From a virus, in IMG/VR virus record IMGVR_UViG_3300037132_000276, positions 28,606-92,605 of that record: a stretch of DNA of 64,000 nucleotides; one strand, given 5' to 3'. Shown in pieces: positions 8,249 to 17,761 of the stretch. A model generated the notes under the pieces. That model was not told the origin of the DNA. It did not search any database and saw nothing but the letters and a program-made list of their open reading frames with translations. Every line of letters starts with the position of its first letter. Within the stretch, counting starts at the first letter, position 1. The position numbers and the translations under genes are program-made.

Positions 8249-9988
8249 TTAAACGTAAAGGCAGGAACGCGCCGAAAAAGAGTTGTAGCTGTACGTCCGA
8301 AAGCTGACCAAATAGAGAAACCAGACACCCGCAAACGCCGTGTTGTTCCAACTGCCGAAGCGTAGCGGACACAACTCAGAAACGATATATTGATAGAAAT
8401 AATCTGTTCCAAATTTATTAGTGCCACTAGGACTTACGGAATTATAGTTCAAAGGCAATCCACAAGCTGTAAGTTTATAAGCATTGGTTGTTCTGCTTGT
8501 CGAGAATCCAAATACTTGATTTGTGCTATTCCCGTATAATTGACCGACAGGCCCATCCCGAAATATGGGCGTTAATAGGTCAAAGTTTGCGGCAATAAAT
8601 GTCGAGTTAAAATGATCTGAAGTTGTTACGCTATTACCGCCGGTAACATTCGCAAGAGCAACGCTTTCTTTTAATGCATAAAAACTACCCGTGGTGGCTG
8701 TAAACCCGGTTCCGGAATAATCAGCTGATAGTCCCGAACTATTAACATAACTGCTGTCATAATTACGTTGTAAATAAAAAGTATTAGCATCGATAACGTT
8801 GACGGTAAAGAATGAGCCACCTATTAAATTATTCCACTCGGTTGTTGCTGCGCCGCCTGTCATTATCTGTATACCCGAAGTGTAACCATGTGTGGCAATT
8901 GTAAAAACTGCTTGAGCGGCGCGGGTAATTGCCGTGATATTTTTTGCCACAACATTGGCGGTCGTTAGCCCCTGGGCGACGATCCACTGATTGCCGTTAA
9001 TATCGGAAACACCACAATTTTGACCATTGTGGGTTGTCTTTGAAAAAGTTGAACCACTTCCGGTTTTCTTTGCCGCTGTTTGCGTGCTCCAATAACTATC
9101 GGTACATATTGTGAAGGTCACCGTTGCATCGTTAACGTCAGCGGTTGTATTATTACAGCCTTTCGGGAAGTTGATGGCCCCAGTCCCATCATACCATGCG
9201 CAATATGCGGTACTTGTTGCCGTTTGTCCGTGTGCTAAGCTCAGTAATGCGATTGCATCGAGGATAAAAATTGATGTGGCGGCAAAATTATTACCACGGG
9301 ATTTAGCTGCTGCCCAAGCCCCGCCTAGATTATCTGCCGGCGCCTGTCCGTTGCTTTTACAATTGGAGAAACTTCCTGCATAAGCGTTGCTTCCATTATT
9401 GTTTGTCGTTGCCGCTGAAGAAATTGGATTGCCGTTTTTAATCGATGATGCTATGCCCGCGGTGTTGTAAACAAAATTAGTCATTGACCAATCGTATTTA
9501 TCGAGGAAGAACCCTTCTTTAATAGATCCGCCGTCGACAAATGATCTATGAAGCGCGAAACTTGCCGCATTTGCATCTGTTTCATTTGCAAATGAGCGCT
9601 CGCCTAGTATATAAAGCGTATTATCAGAATTATACTTATAATAGAACTTCGGCACCCATACCATTATCGAATTATCGGTTAAACACAGATAATTTCCATA
9701 ATTGTCGTTGCCGATGGTGAACGTTCCGGAAAGCGGAATCATATACGCGGGCAAAAGACTTGCCGGGCAGATACCGACTCCGAATCCTTGCCCCCCTTGA
9801 ATCCCTATGTCGTTGACCGCGGTTGGAAATCCGGCTTTCGCCAGCACTACTTGAGGACTTATACGCTTTAATTTGTTACTTAAATTTGTTTCGCTCGCAT
9901 CTAAGACCAACAACGTGTCGTTGTTGAGATCAATGTCATAAAGAAGATCAAGCGTATCAACGTTCTTACCCACTATTTCTGTTGCCAT
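8249..9988 (-). CDS. DGR target: receptor-binding / tropism protein with C-terminal CLec-like variable region
   Basis: IGIQGGQGFGVG, VWVPKFYY, GFFLDKY, DINGNQW; C-terminus PLRFGSWNNTAFAGVWFLYLVSFRTYSYNSFSARSC encoded by VR. Confidence 0.92.
   Translation of the reverse strand: MATEIVGKNVDTLDLLYDIDLNNDTLLVLDASETNLSNKLKRISPQVVLAKAGFPTAVNDIGIQGGQGFGVGICPASLLPAYMIPLSGTFTIGNDNYGNYLCLTDNSIMVWVPKFYYKYNSDNTLYILGERSFANETDANAASFALHRSFVDGGSIKEGFFLDKYDWSMTNFVYNTAGIASSIKNGNPISSAATTNNNGSNAYAGSFSNCKSNGQAPADNLGGAWAAAKSRGNNFAATSIFILDAIALLSLAHGQTATSTAYCAWYDGTGAINFPKGCNNTTADVNDATVTFTICTDSYWSTQTAAKKTGSGSTFSKTTHNGQNCGVSDINGNQWIVAQGLTTANVVAKNITAITRAAQAVFTIATHGYTSGIQIMTGGAATTEWNNLIGGSFFTVNVIDANTFYLQRNYDSSYVNSSGLSADYSGTGFTATTGSFYALKESVALANVTGGNSVTTSDHFNSTFIAANFDLLTPIFRDGPVGQLYGNSTNQVFGFSTSRTTNAYKLTACGLPLNYNSVSPSGTNKFGTDYFYQYIVSELCPLRFGSWNNTAFAGVWFLYLVSFRTYSYNSFSARSCLYV
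8262..8373 (-). repeat. DGR variable repeat (VR)
   Basis: Copy of TR with 11 A>T, 4 A>G and 2 A>C changes; ends in the GC element CGGCGCG. Confidence 0.97.
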
Positions 9989-10018
9989 TTTCTTACCTCA
10001 TCTATTTTGTTAAAATTG

Positions 10019-10258
10019 TTATAAACTGCTATATACTTTATTAATGCTTATATATGTCATGTTATCAGCAAGTAATAAATTTGTTTGACCATCGGGCAAT
10101 TGTAATGTGGTTATTCCTACTAAGACAGAACTCTCCATCTGCAGGGCAATCTGCGTCCTTCCATCCGGGAGCAAAAGATAATCTCCGGCGGCCGTGGTTA
10201 GCACAATCCGCCTATTATTTTTTACTATCCTTCTCAGCAGAAGCAAAAGCCTTGACAT
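10019..10258 (-). CDS. Small fibre-adaptor-like protein with LxLPDGxT repeats
   Basis: YLLLPDGRT, TLQLPDGQT, LLLADNMT; immediately upstream of the DGR target. Confidence 0.5.
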   Translation of the reverse strand: MSRLLLLLRRIVKNNRRIVLTTAAGDYLLLPDGRTQIALQMESSVLVGITTLQLPDGQTNLLLADNMTYISINKVYSSL

Positions 10259-10259
10259 A

Positions 10260-10601
10260 TTACCTCACTTCTATAAAGCTAAGTATTACACTTTTCCCAT
10301 TTAATGAGCTATCAGTTGCCTTAAACCGGATGTAAGGCATATCGGCAAATGCAGACAAATCTATATGCACGCCTCTTAACTGGCCCAAGAAAACCGGTTC
10401 CGGATCTCCCAGCCGATCATAGTTGTCATACCAGGGACCATTCTCCAATACGGCAAGCTGTACGTTGACATTCTTCCCTTCAAAGGCCACATCGTCCGGA
10501 CAAAGGATTCTACAAGCCGCACAATCATCAATATATGCCTCGTTTGTAGTATCCCCGGTAAATTTAAGTTCAATTGTTTTCTTATTAGACATTTGTTCCA
10601 C
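10260..10601 (-). CDS. Hypothetical virion-associated beta protein
   Basis: 113-aa ORF in the tail operon, tightly coupled to neighbours. Confidence 0.5.
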   Translation of the reverse strand: MEQMSNKKTIELKFTGDTTNEAYIDDCAACRILCPDDVAFEGKNVNVQLAVLENGPWYDNYDRLGDPEPVFLGQLRGVHIDLSAFADMPYIRFKATDSSLNGKSVILSFIEVR

Positions 10602-10608
10602 CTATATA

Positions 10609-11997
10609 TTATAATATCTGTTGTTGTTGCATCCCCACGCTTATCTGACGTGGATTGCTATTTGTGGTCAGCGCCACATTTAATGCTTCTATATAATAGC
10701 TGTAAGTCACTCCGGGGGTAACCGCTGTGTCCGTCCAGGTTAATGCGGATGTTGTCGTAACTTGTTCGGTCCATGATCCGGTGCTTGGGTCAGCCGAATA
10801 ACCGGTTAACTTAAAAACTTTATAATGATCGGCAGATGTTGAAGCATCCCATGCGACTACAACATTATACGTCCCAGCAGCATATGATAATTCATGTTGC
10901 GAGAAAGTACTTGGCGGGGCTGTGGTGATGTTCTTGAAATCACTGTTTATCGTTCCGCCGCCGTTTACCGCTTTTATATAGTAACTGTAGGTATGACCCA
11001 GAACTATTGTCGTATCCGAATAGGTTGTTCCCGTCAATCCGGTTGCAACCTGAGACCAACTGCCGGTTGTCGTGCTGGTATATATGCCTTCCGCCCTATA
11101 AACTTGATAGGATGTTGCGTATGTGCTTGCAGCCCAGCCGAGGCTTACCGCACTTCCGCTCATTGATGGCGCGCTCTGGGTAAATGCAGATGGTGCGTGT
11201 GTGGTGAGAATGCTTAGCAAGCCAGAGTTGGCAGCCCCACTTTCGTTACTCGATTGGATATAATAAGTATAAGTTGTATCCGCGGAAACCGTGGAATCCG
11301 TATACGATAAACCCGATACCCCACTTGCGACTTGTGACCAGGTGCCGGTTAAAGTGTTGGTATAGGTGCCGGTGGCTCTAAATACTTTATATGCTGCTGC
11401 ATATTGACTTGCCGTCCAGCTTAAGCTTACATTATTGCTTACCATTTGCGGCGTGCTCTGCGTAAAGCTTCCCGGAGGTGGCGCGGCAGCTGTTTCCCAT
11501 TGCCAGACGATGTTCGCCAAAACATCTGACCAGGAAACACTTAATGTCATACTGTTATAATATTGGTATGGCCTATCGTCCCAATAATTAAGAATGACCT
11601 GAAGAGAATAGTCAATGTAAATACTGCCGCCGCTTTGCACTGCTATGTTTGCAGCATTTGTTACGGCAATGTATGGAATATTAAAAGACGACAAGCTTCC
11701 CGTTGAAGAATTTATTCCAAGAGTTCTGCCGTCAACTATATAATAACTATATCCACCGATCGAAAATGAACCGCTCCCATAAGGAGGAACTGGCATTGAA
11801 GTTGGATTAAGACTCCAAGACGCCTGGATATTTTGTAGATCAAAATACACGCCTATCAATCTTTTTTGTCTACCATAAGCATCAAGCGGGATTGTGGTGG
11901 ACATACGCAAAAGAGATGCGAAAGCATGACCAGTACCATCATCAGAATTGCCATAACTTCCATGACAGATAATATTTGGATTTAAAGTCAAATTCAT
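10609..11997 (-). CDS. Tail-associated protein with three fibronectin type III repeats
   Basis: Three repeats of VSLSWTAS..A..YKVFRA...W......GLSYTD.TV....TY.YYI.A.N. Confidence 0.8.
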   Translation of the reverse strand: MNLTLNPNIICHGSYGNSDDGTGHAFASLLRMSTTIPLDAYGRQKRLIGVYFDLQNIQASWSLNPTSMPVPPYGSGSFSIGGYSYYIVDGRTLGINSSTGSLSSFNIPYIAVTNAANIAVQSGGSIYIDYSLQVILNYWDDRPYQYYNSMTLSVSWSDVLANIVWQWETAAAPPPGSFTQSTPQMVSNNVSLSWTASQYAAAYKVFRATGTYTNTLTGTWSQVASGVSGLSYTDSTVSADTTYTYYIQSSNESGAANSGLLSILTTHAPSAFTQSAPSMSGSAVSLGWAASTYATSYQVYRAEGIYTSTTTGSWSQVATGLTGTTYSDTTIVLGHTYSYYIKAVNGGGTINSDFKNITTAPPSTFSQHELSYAAGTYNVVVAWDASTSADHYKVFKLTGYSADPSTGSWTEQVTTTSALTWTDTAVTPGVTYSYYIEALNVALTTNSNPRQISVGMQQQQIL

Positions 11998-13070
11998 ATT
12001 GAATATTCTAAACTAAGTGTGAAATACAAGTTTTTCGGCGTTCCGGTGACGGCGGTTATTACAAGCGCAATTTCATCGCCATCGCCGAGCAGTATATCGC
12101 TCGATGGCGTTGTTGTGGTCTTCGTTTGCGTTACCGATAGCCCGGTTAAGCCGGTAATATCTGATCCGTTTTTCTGTAATTTCACGGTTGCCGAAGTGCC
12201 GCTTAATATTTTGTATGTACATTTTTTAATTTTTATCGTCTGACCGTCCGGTTTACTTACCGCAAAAGGCATAATGACATAAAGATCCCCGGAAGCAACC
12301 TTCACTTCGTTTGTGATTGTAAATGTGTGCGATATATCTAAACTTGCTGGCGCTACAAGCCCCATTTGCAGGGTTATTAAATCGCGCATATCAGCGATGG
12401 AGGAAATAATACCTCCGACTACGGTCACATTTGCCAACAAATATTCATCAGCATCCAACGTGCCCGATTTTACGGATAGTTGGATTCCATTATGTTCGTA
12501 AATCAGATTATCTGCCGCTGCACTGATGGTATTTATGAAATAACCCCCGACGGAAAATTGGACTCCGGAAACCGATGCGTTTGGGAATGGGGTTTGCAAA
12601 ACAGCTATTGTATCACTAGTAACATGGTCTATTTTGTAAATGCCGTTACCAAGAATGATACTTCTATTCTCTGCAAATATTTTTGTAAAGACAGTCCCAA
12701 CTCCTGCTATTGCAGTATCTCCGCCTATAATTGATACTGTCCCATCCTCATAGTTATGCAGCTGATGTTTAAAAGCAATTTTATAAATTGTATCGGTTGA
12801 TGGAATGGTTAGGCTATAATCTGCGACAAGTTTTACAGCAACCGGCTTACCATTTACGTCGAGGATTATAGCGTTCCCCGCTGTTACTTTTACCGTATTG
12901 TTTGTTAGCTGGCTTACCCCCCATCTGTCAAAACCAACAACGGCATTACGGATTATCCCGAAGTTGAGCGTCATGTTTAAAAACAGATCAAGTACATCTT
13001 TTTGTATTAACTCTTGCATCCGGTTAAATTCAATATCGCCATGTTTGAGAAAATTCTTGCTTGCAAACAT
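11994..13070 (-). CDS. Baseplate / tail-fibre proximal protein
   Basis: N-terminal EFNRMQELIQ baseplate-attachment-like segment, GTVSI..GD.AI.GVGT.FT beta motif; follows the baseplate wedge genes. Confidence 0.55.
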   Translation of the reverse strand: MFASKNFLKHGDIEFNRMQELIQKDVLDLFLNMTLNFGIIRNAVVGFDRWGVSQLTNNTVKVTAGNAIILDVNGKPVAVKLVADYSLTIPSTDTIYKIAFKHQLHNYEDGTVSIIGGDTAIAGVGTVFTKIFAENRSIILGNGIYKIDHVTSDTIAVLQTPFPNASVSGVQFSVGGYFINTISAAADNLIYEHNGIQLSVKSGTLDADEYLLANVTVVGGIISSIADMRDLITLQMGLVAPASLDISHTFTITNEVKVASGDLYVIMPFAVSKPDGQTIKIKKCTYKILSGTSATVKLQKNGSDITGLTGLSVTQTKTTTTPSSDILLGDGDEIALVITAVTGTPKNLYFTLSLEYSI

Positions 13071-13781
13071 TTAGTCACCTGTAAAAATTATATTTGTATT
13101 GATTGGTATTACCGATTTTAGAATCATTTCGTTATCGGGCTCTCTTCGAACTATATAGCCTCTATCAGTGGGGTAAAACTCAATTAAGTTTTCTGCGCCA
13201 ACAAAATTGTTATCGCCGAAATTTGTCACACCGGTTATTATGCCGGTATCTTCAAAATCGTGAAAATAAAGAGCACTTTCTTTCAAGCCAAACATTGCCT
13301 CTAAATCTTGTTTGATCCCCTTTTCGGTCCCGCGCTGCGTTAAATAATTAAGTCGGTTCAATAATCGGTTTTTTATCGGCTCTTCCTCAGTATATGTTTC
13401 ACTTAATGTTAAATATGTACTGCCATCAGGCAATAGTAAAACCGTATCCTCGCTTGGCAGTTCAACACAATTTAACTGTTCAAACCCCAAATCCTCATTT
13501 CTGATCACAAGCGGCGTTATGCCGTCAGGCATCAACAAAATATCGTCTCCGGGAGATGACACACATAATCGTTTATTATTATAAAATATTTTACTTTCTA
13601 AGGCATTTAGCAAAAGTCCTTTGCCCATCCAGTCTGCGTCACGCAAAGCACCCGCTTCAGTGGACAACTCCAAGAGTCGGTTCGCAATTGTTTTTAACAG
13701 CGCGTCTCTAACCTCGCTTTGGACAATAAAGGGCGGTAAATATTTTTTAAGTTTGTCTATATATGCATCTTGCGTCATCAT
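13071..13781 (-). CDS. Baseplate wedge protein (P2 gpI-like position)
   Basis: LKKYLPPF start, QRGTEKGIKQ motif, terminal IPINT; directly after baseplate J. Confidence 0.6.
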   Translation of the reverse strand: MMTQDAYIDKLKKYLPPFIVQSEVRDALLKTIANRLLELSTEAGALRDADWMGKGLLLNALESKIFYNNKRLCVSSPGDDILLMPDGITPLVIRNEDLGFEQLNCVELPSEDTVLLLPDGSTYLTLSETYTEEEPIKNRLLNRLNYLTQRGTEKGIKQDLEAMFGLKESALYFHDFEDTGIITGVTNFGDNNFVGAENLIEFYPTDRGYIVRREPDNEMILKSVIPINTNIIFTGD

Positions 13782-14926
13782 ATGATCAGGTAACTCTGTG
13801 TAATTGGTTGTGTCGTTATATTGTTTAATGTATCGAGTATCCCCAGATAAGTAAATACGGGCACTTCTTCAGCGCCGCATTGTACATTATCACGTGCATT
13901 ATTGACAAAAAACCCGCTTAAGTCAATGCCAATAACACCCTCGGCTTTCATTACCTCGGTTATCAGATTATTATAGTTTATCGCCGCACCGAAATCAAAT
14001 ACCGAAGCAACATAATCTGCTATCTTCGTTGCGATGTTGGCGAATGCGGTTATTGGACTGTAGCCTGACTGTAAAAAGATCGGTCCGCTTATTTCAATGC
14101 TTTTTCGTGAAGCATTAATACAAGTTATTTTTTGAAGTGCTCGCTGATTAGCATAGATATAATCAGCAATCGCCGTTAAATCACCTGCCGTATAGTCACT
14201 CAGATTATTTTTTACTAACGAAACAATTATTGAACTATTCGATAAAAGCAATGGTTTGGAAAGCAAAACCGTTTCATTTGCCGCCCTGGCGCATGCTTCA
14301 TAAAACGCTTGTGTGCCCTGTGCGAGCAAATCAATTTGGGAAAGTATTCTTGTCCTTAGATCTTCGTCGCTTTCGGCATCTGCGCCGCCTTGAGAAGGGG
14401 CTAAATTTGTCACCGTAACGCCTGTAATTGGGATCAACAATGCGGCAAGTTCATTGGACGCGACTTGTGTGTTGCCCCCCGTTGTCAAGCTTTCGGATAG
14501 GACTATATCTCCAATGCTCGCGGCATTTATCGGCCGCTGTATGTTGGGATTTGCTGCGCCAAGAGTAATCGCGCTTAGCGTTTGATATTGAAGAGAGGAG
14601 TTTACCGAAGAGACAACAATTGTATTGACGGGTATTACCGTTTCCGCTGGTCCGTTAAATAACAAAATAGCACTACTAGTATTCGCCCCTAAACGAATAA
14701 GCTCCCATCTCGAAGCCAAAAGGTCAAGATCGTCACCGGCAGCGGTTGTAACAAACAGTCCCCGTTTGATCTGAAAGATGTCCGTCCACGCTTCGACCAA
14801 TGCGTTTGCTGCGGCATTTAATATTCCTCTGACCGCACCGTCTTTACCAAAATATGTTACCAGATCCGTTTCCGAAATAACATCGCCAGTCATATCCTGC
14901 AGTATTTGATCTTTGGTTTTTATCAT
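13778..14926 (-). CDS. Baseplate J-like wedge protein
   Basis: TAAGDDLDLLA, VTVTN...GGADAESDEDLRTRI. Confidence 0.9.
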   Translation of the reverse strand: MIKTKDQILQDMTGDVISETDLVTYFGKDGAVRGILNAAANALVEAWTDIFQIKRGLFVTTAAGDDLDLLASRWELIRLGANTSSAILLFNGPAETVIPVNTIVVSSVNSSLQYQTLSAITLGAANPNIQRPINAASIGDIVLSESLTTGGNTQVASNELAALLIPITGVTVTNLAPSQGGADAESDEDLRTRILSQIDLLAQGTQAFYEACARAANETVLLSKPLLLSNSSIIVSLVKNNLSDYTAGDLTAIADYIYANQRALQKITCINASRKSIEISGPIFLQSGYSPITAFANIATKIADYVASVFDFGAAINYNNLITEVMKAEGVIGIDLSGFFVNNARDNVQCGAEEVPVFTYLGILDTLNNITTQPITQSYLII

Positions 14927-14960
14927 TTTTAAGCTCTTGTAAACTTCTGTATGTTATGTT

Positions 14961-15758
14961 TTATATTACTACTGTAATATTATTTAGTGCTTGCATTTCA
15001 CTATGTATTGTTATTCCGTTTTGTGCTCTTTCTACGGTTAAATTATCTATGCTCACAATTCTTTTATCAAGATTTAATTGATTGGTTATCTCGAGCAAAT
15101 ACATTCCTTGAATTAATTCGAGAGGCAGTTCGCTACCAACCAGACTTCTCACTCCGAACTCATCTTCATATGGATATGCTAACGAATCTGTCATCAGTCT
15201 ATTCATTACCCCTTGAGCAACTGTGTCCTGCGGCTCGAGTATCACCAGATCACCATTAACACATTTTAGATCATTCTGCGCATCTTTTCCCAAAACCAAT
15301 ATTCCTTCCTGAGAACCGAATGTTGGTATATCATCATAGACCTTAGTCATCTCGCCCGTCCCGCCATTATCATCTAGCTCAACTTTTAGGACTAAACCCG
15401 GCTCAAATTCCGATGTTGTGATATTATTTTTCTTCAGCAGATCTTCTAATGTCATTTTATATTTTAGCGCAATTCCCGTTGGCGTTTCAAAGGCGCTAAC
15501 TATGTGCGTTATATTAATTTTTTGTGATGTTGGTGATACGCTCTTGGCAATAAACGCCTCTTTGCTCAGCCGCATAAATTTATGAACTGCCAACATCTTC
15601 AAGATGTTTCTCCGCGTGTTGTTTAGATCCGCCAACATTTGAGTATAATTAATTGCATCGTATTCATCCGCCATACTTCGCTGTACGTCAACGATTGCCA
15701 AATCGATTTGACGTAATGCTTCCCCAAGTTGAGTATAATATTCTGCCGCTGTTGTCAT
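14961..15758 (-). CDS. LysM + gp25-like (sheath initiator) baseplate protein
   Basis: HIVSAFETPTGIALKYKMTLEDLLKKNNI (LysM); GDLVIL...QGVMNRL...YPY..EFG...LDKRIVSI (gp25-like). Confidence 0.75.
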   Translation of the reverse strand: MTTAAEYYTQLGEALRQIDLAIVDVQRSMADEYDAINYTQMLADLNNTRRNILKMLAVHKFMRLSKEAFIAKSVSPTSQKINITHIVSAFETPTGIALKYKMTLEDLLKKNNITTSEFEPGLVLKVELDDNGGTGEMTKVYDDIPTFGSQEGILVLGKDAQNDLKCVNGDLVILEPQDTVAQGVMNRLMTDSLAYPYEDEFGVRSLVGSELPLELIQGMYLLEITNQLNLDKRIVSIDNLTVERAQNGITIHSEMQALNNITVVI

Positions 15759-15764
15759 AATTTC

Positions 15765-16532
15765 TTAAAATAGTTTTGCTGTTACATTTGAATAAGTTCT
15801 TGAAATTCCGCCGTTTGTTATTCCGCTTATGAAGTTAGATGCACTATTTATTGTGGCTGCCGTTATTTGTAGGCCTGCAACTCCCGCACCTATCCACTTG
15901 GTTACGCCCTCGGCTCCGGCTAATACAGAGTTTACTGAAGCTAGTCCAGCATCCAACATCCCGCCGGGCATTGCAAGATTTTTTAATCCGATTAACAACG
16001 GATCCAAGCCCTCTGCTTTAATCAAATCGCCAATTATTAAGAAGTCCAAGCTGTAACGCGGAAGCTGGGTATTCTCTTTTGCGTTCGCGTGTAAGTTCCA
16101 AGTTTCAATATTAATGTTACCAAACCGATGAAACCAAAAATCATAATAGTTAAGAGCATATATATAGGGCGAAGCGTCATTGGGGAATTTCGATTCCTTG
16201 CTTTTTCGGATAATGCTTTCTTCAAATTGAGAAAGTCTCGTAAAACCATCCATGACCGTACCCGCAACATAACGAGGCTCAATGCCAAAATGACCGTTAA
16301 TGCTACATCTTTCCGGTTGGTAAGCATATCTATTCAAGAAAACCCTGCTGTCCGTCTGTGTCATTGCATCGCGGCTCATCAGCCTGTATTGGAACTGCTG
16401 GGGCATAACCGCTAAATAAATTGTATCCTCTACAATTGCCCGATAATTACCATTCATATAATCGTTAAGCCCGACCTTTATGAGTTCGAATACGATATAT
16501 TTTAATTTTGGTAAGCTAAACATCTGTTTCAA
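15765..16532 (-). CDS. Putative tail tube initiator / baseplate protein
   Basis: LAVMPQQFQY...SINGHFG pattern and position. Confidence 0.5.
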   Translation of the reverse strand: MKQMFSLPKLKYIVFELIKVGLNDYMNGNYRAIVEDTIYLAVMPQQFQYRLMSRDAMTQTDSRVFLNRYAYQPERCSINGHFGIEPRYVAGTVMDGFTRLSQFEESIIRKSKESKFPNDASPYIYALNYYDFWFHRFGNINIETWNLHANAKENTQLPRYSLDFLIIGDLIKAEGLDPLLIGLKNLAMPGGMLDAGLASVNSVLAGAEGVTKWIGAGVAGLQITAATINSASNFISGITNGGISRTYSNVTAKLF

Positions 16533-16786
16533 GAGATTGTCCCTCCGCTTGCCGTACCACCCGTTAATGTGCCATTTGCAGGAGTTGAACCGGTTACCGA
16601 TCCCGCGGAAAAAGAGACTTCACCGCTTTTTACAAAGGTCTCTATAGCGTTTGCAATTGTAGTCCCCAAATTATTTGCCGCGGCCTCCGCCGCTGCTTTT
16701 GCGTCTGCATCGGCATTAGACTGATTAACGTTTGCTTTTAATGCATTTTGTATTGTTGTGGTTAATGTGCTGGTATCAAGTGCCAT
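16529..16786 (-). CDS. Small baseplate spike-tip-like protein
   Basis: MAL...IANAIETFVKSGEV...GS...G..GTIS pattern, adjacent to the spike gene. Confidence 0.55.
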   Translation of the reverse strand: MALDTSTLTTTIQNALKANVNQSNADADAKAAAEAAANNLGTTIANAIETFVKSGEVSFSAGSVTGSTPANGTLTGGTASGGTIS

Positions 16787-16861
16787 CGCTCGCTCGGGGT
16801 GGAATACAATTTTGTAAAATACATTTGTCTAAATACGAATGATAAATAAGAAATTGCCATC

Positions 16862-16897
16862 TGGCTTTTGGTGTGAATTATGCAAAAACTATTGAGT
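16862..16897 (-). promoter_or_regulatory. Late promoter / activator motif, copy 1
   Basis: + strand TGGCTTTTGGTGTGAATTATGCAAAAACTATTGAGT, identical over 36 bp to 27955-27990. Confidence 0.75.
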
Positions 16898-17761
16898 ATC
16901 CATGAATGAACTTAATCTTTGGGTGATAGCATCAAATTGTGCCTTGTTCATCGGCGGGCTTATAGTGGGGCCCCCAGGACTGTTATTCGTCATTGCACAA
17001 ATTGCCGTTATCAAATCATCGAGGATCTTCTTTAAAGTTTCGTCCTTCCCAACGCGGACAGTCGCCGTTTCGAACACTAAGCCCGTTTTATTAGCTAAAA
17101 TGATATTCCCATGTTTATCTTTAAGCTTGAATTTTTCATCATCCTTAGTGTTATCGAAAAGCAACTGGGTGTATGTTGTTTTCCCATCTGCTGTTTGCAA
17201 ATTCAGCGCAAACTTACCGTTTAAGGATAGCGAGAAATTACCGTTTGCCGCCTGATCACCCTCGATTTTTATCCCGACATTTCCATTTGTTTTTTTGCCT
17301 TTTAGGTAAAGAAATAAATTACCTTGCCCATCTTCTGTAAAAGAATAAAATCGATTATCATTATTTCGGCTTTTTTGTTTTTCCTGGATCTTATCATAGT
17401 CCGTTGGCTGGGGATTAAGGACGGCGTCGACGTGGTTTAACGTGAGATCTTGTACTGGGCCAAAAACGACAACCCGGGCGTCAGTGCTGTTTAAATAAGA
17501 ATATAAAACACTTGCTCCATATTCCCGTATGGCACCCGACTCATCTATCAAATAAGGTTTTGGTAGATTCTTCTCGCCATTCTGAAAGTCCCATTCGCGT
17601 GTGAGAAAAAGAACCCGATCCAATGTCACTTCATGTTGTTGGGCGTCTCTAAATATTGTATTCCGGGTTTTTTGATAAAAGATAAATGCCCCGATCTGTA
17701 AATCTAATTTAGGATTTATCTTTTCTCTACCAGATAAATTTTTCTTAAACCCGTCGCTCAT
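16889..17761 (-). CDS. Baseplate spike (gpV/gp5-like) protein
   Basis: Beta-strand repeats, C-terminal GETL-like KILDDLI...GGPTISPPMN segment; follows the hub gene. Confidence 0.55.
   Translation of the reverse strand: MSDGFKKNLSGREKINPKLDLQIGAFIFYQKTRNTIFRDAQQHEVTLDRVLFLTREWDFQNGEKNLPKPYLIDESGAIREYGASVLYSYLNSTDARVVVFGPVQDLTLNHVDAVLNPQPTDYDKIQEKQKSRNNDNRFYSFTEDGQGNLFLYLKGKKTNGNVGIKIEGDQAANGNFSLSLNGKFALNLQTADGKTTYTQLLFDNTKDDEKFKLKDKHGNIILANKTGLVFETATVRVGKDETLKKILDDLITAICAMTNNSPGGPTISPPMNKAQFDAITQRLSSFMDTQ

Noticed and set aside
8236-8427. 63-aa alternative-frame ORF over VR
   Set aside because: Overlaps the target in another frame; TR AAC codons match the target frame
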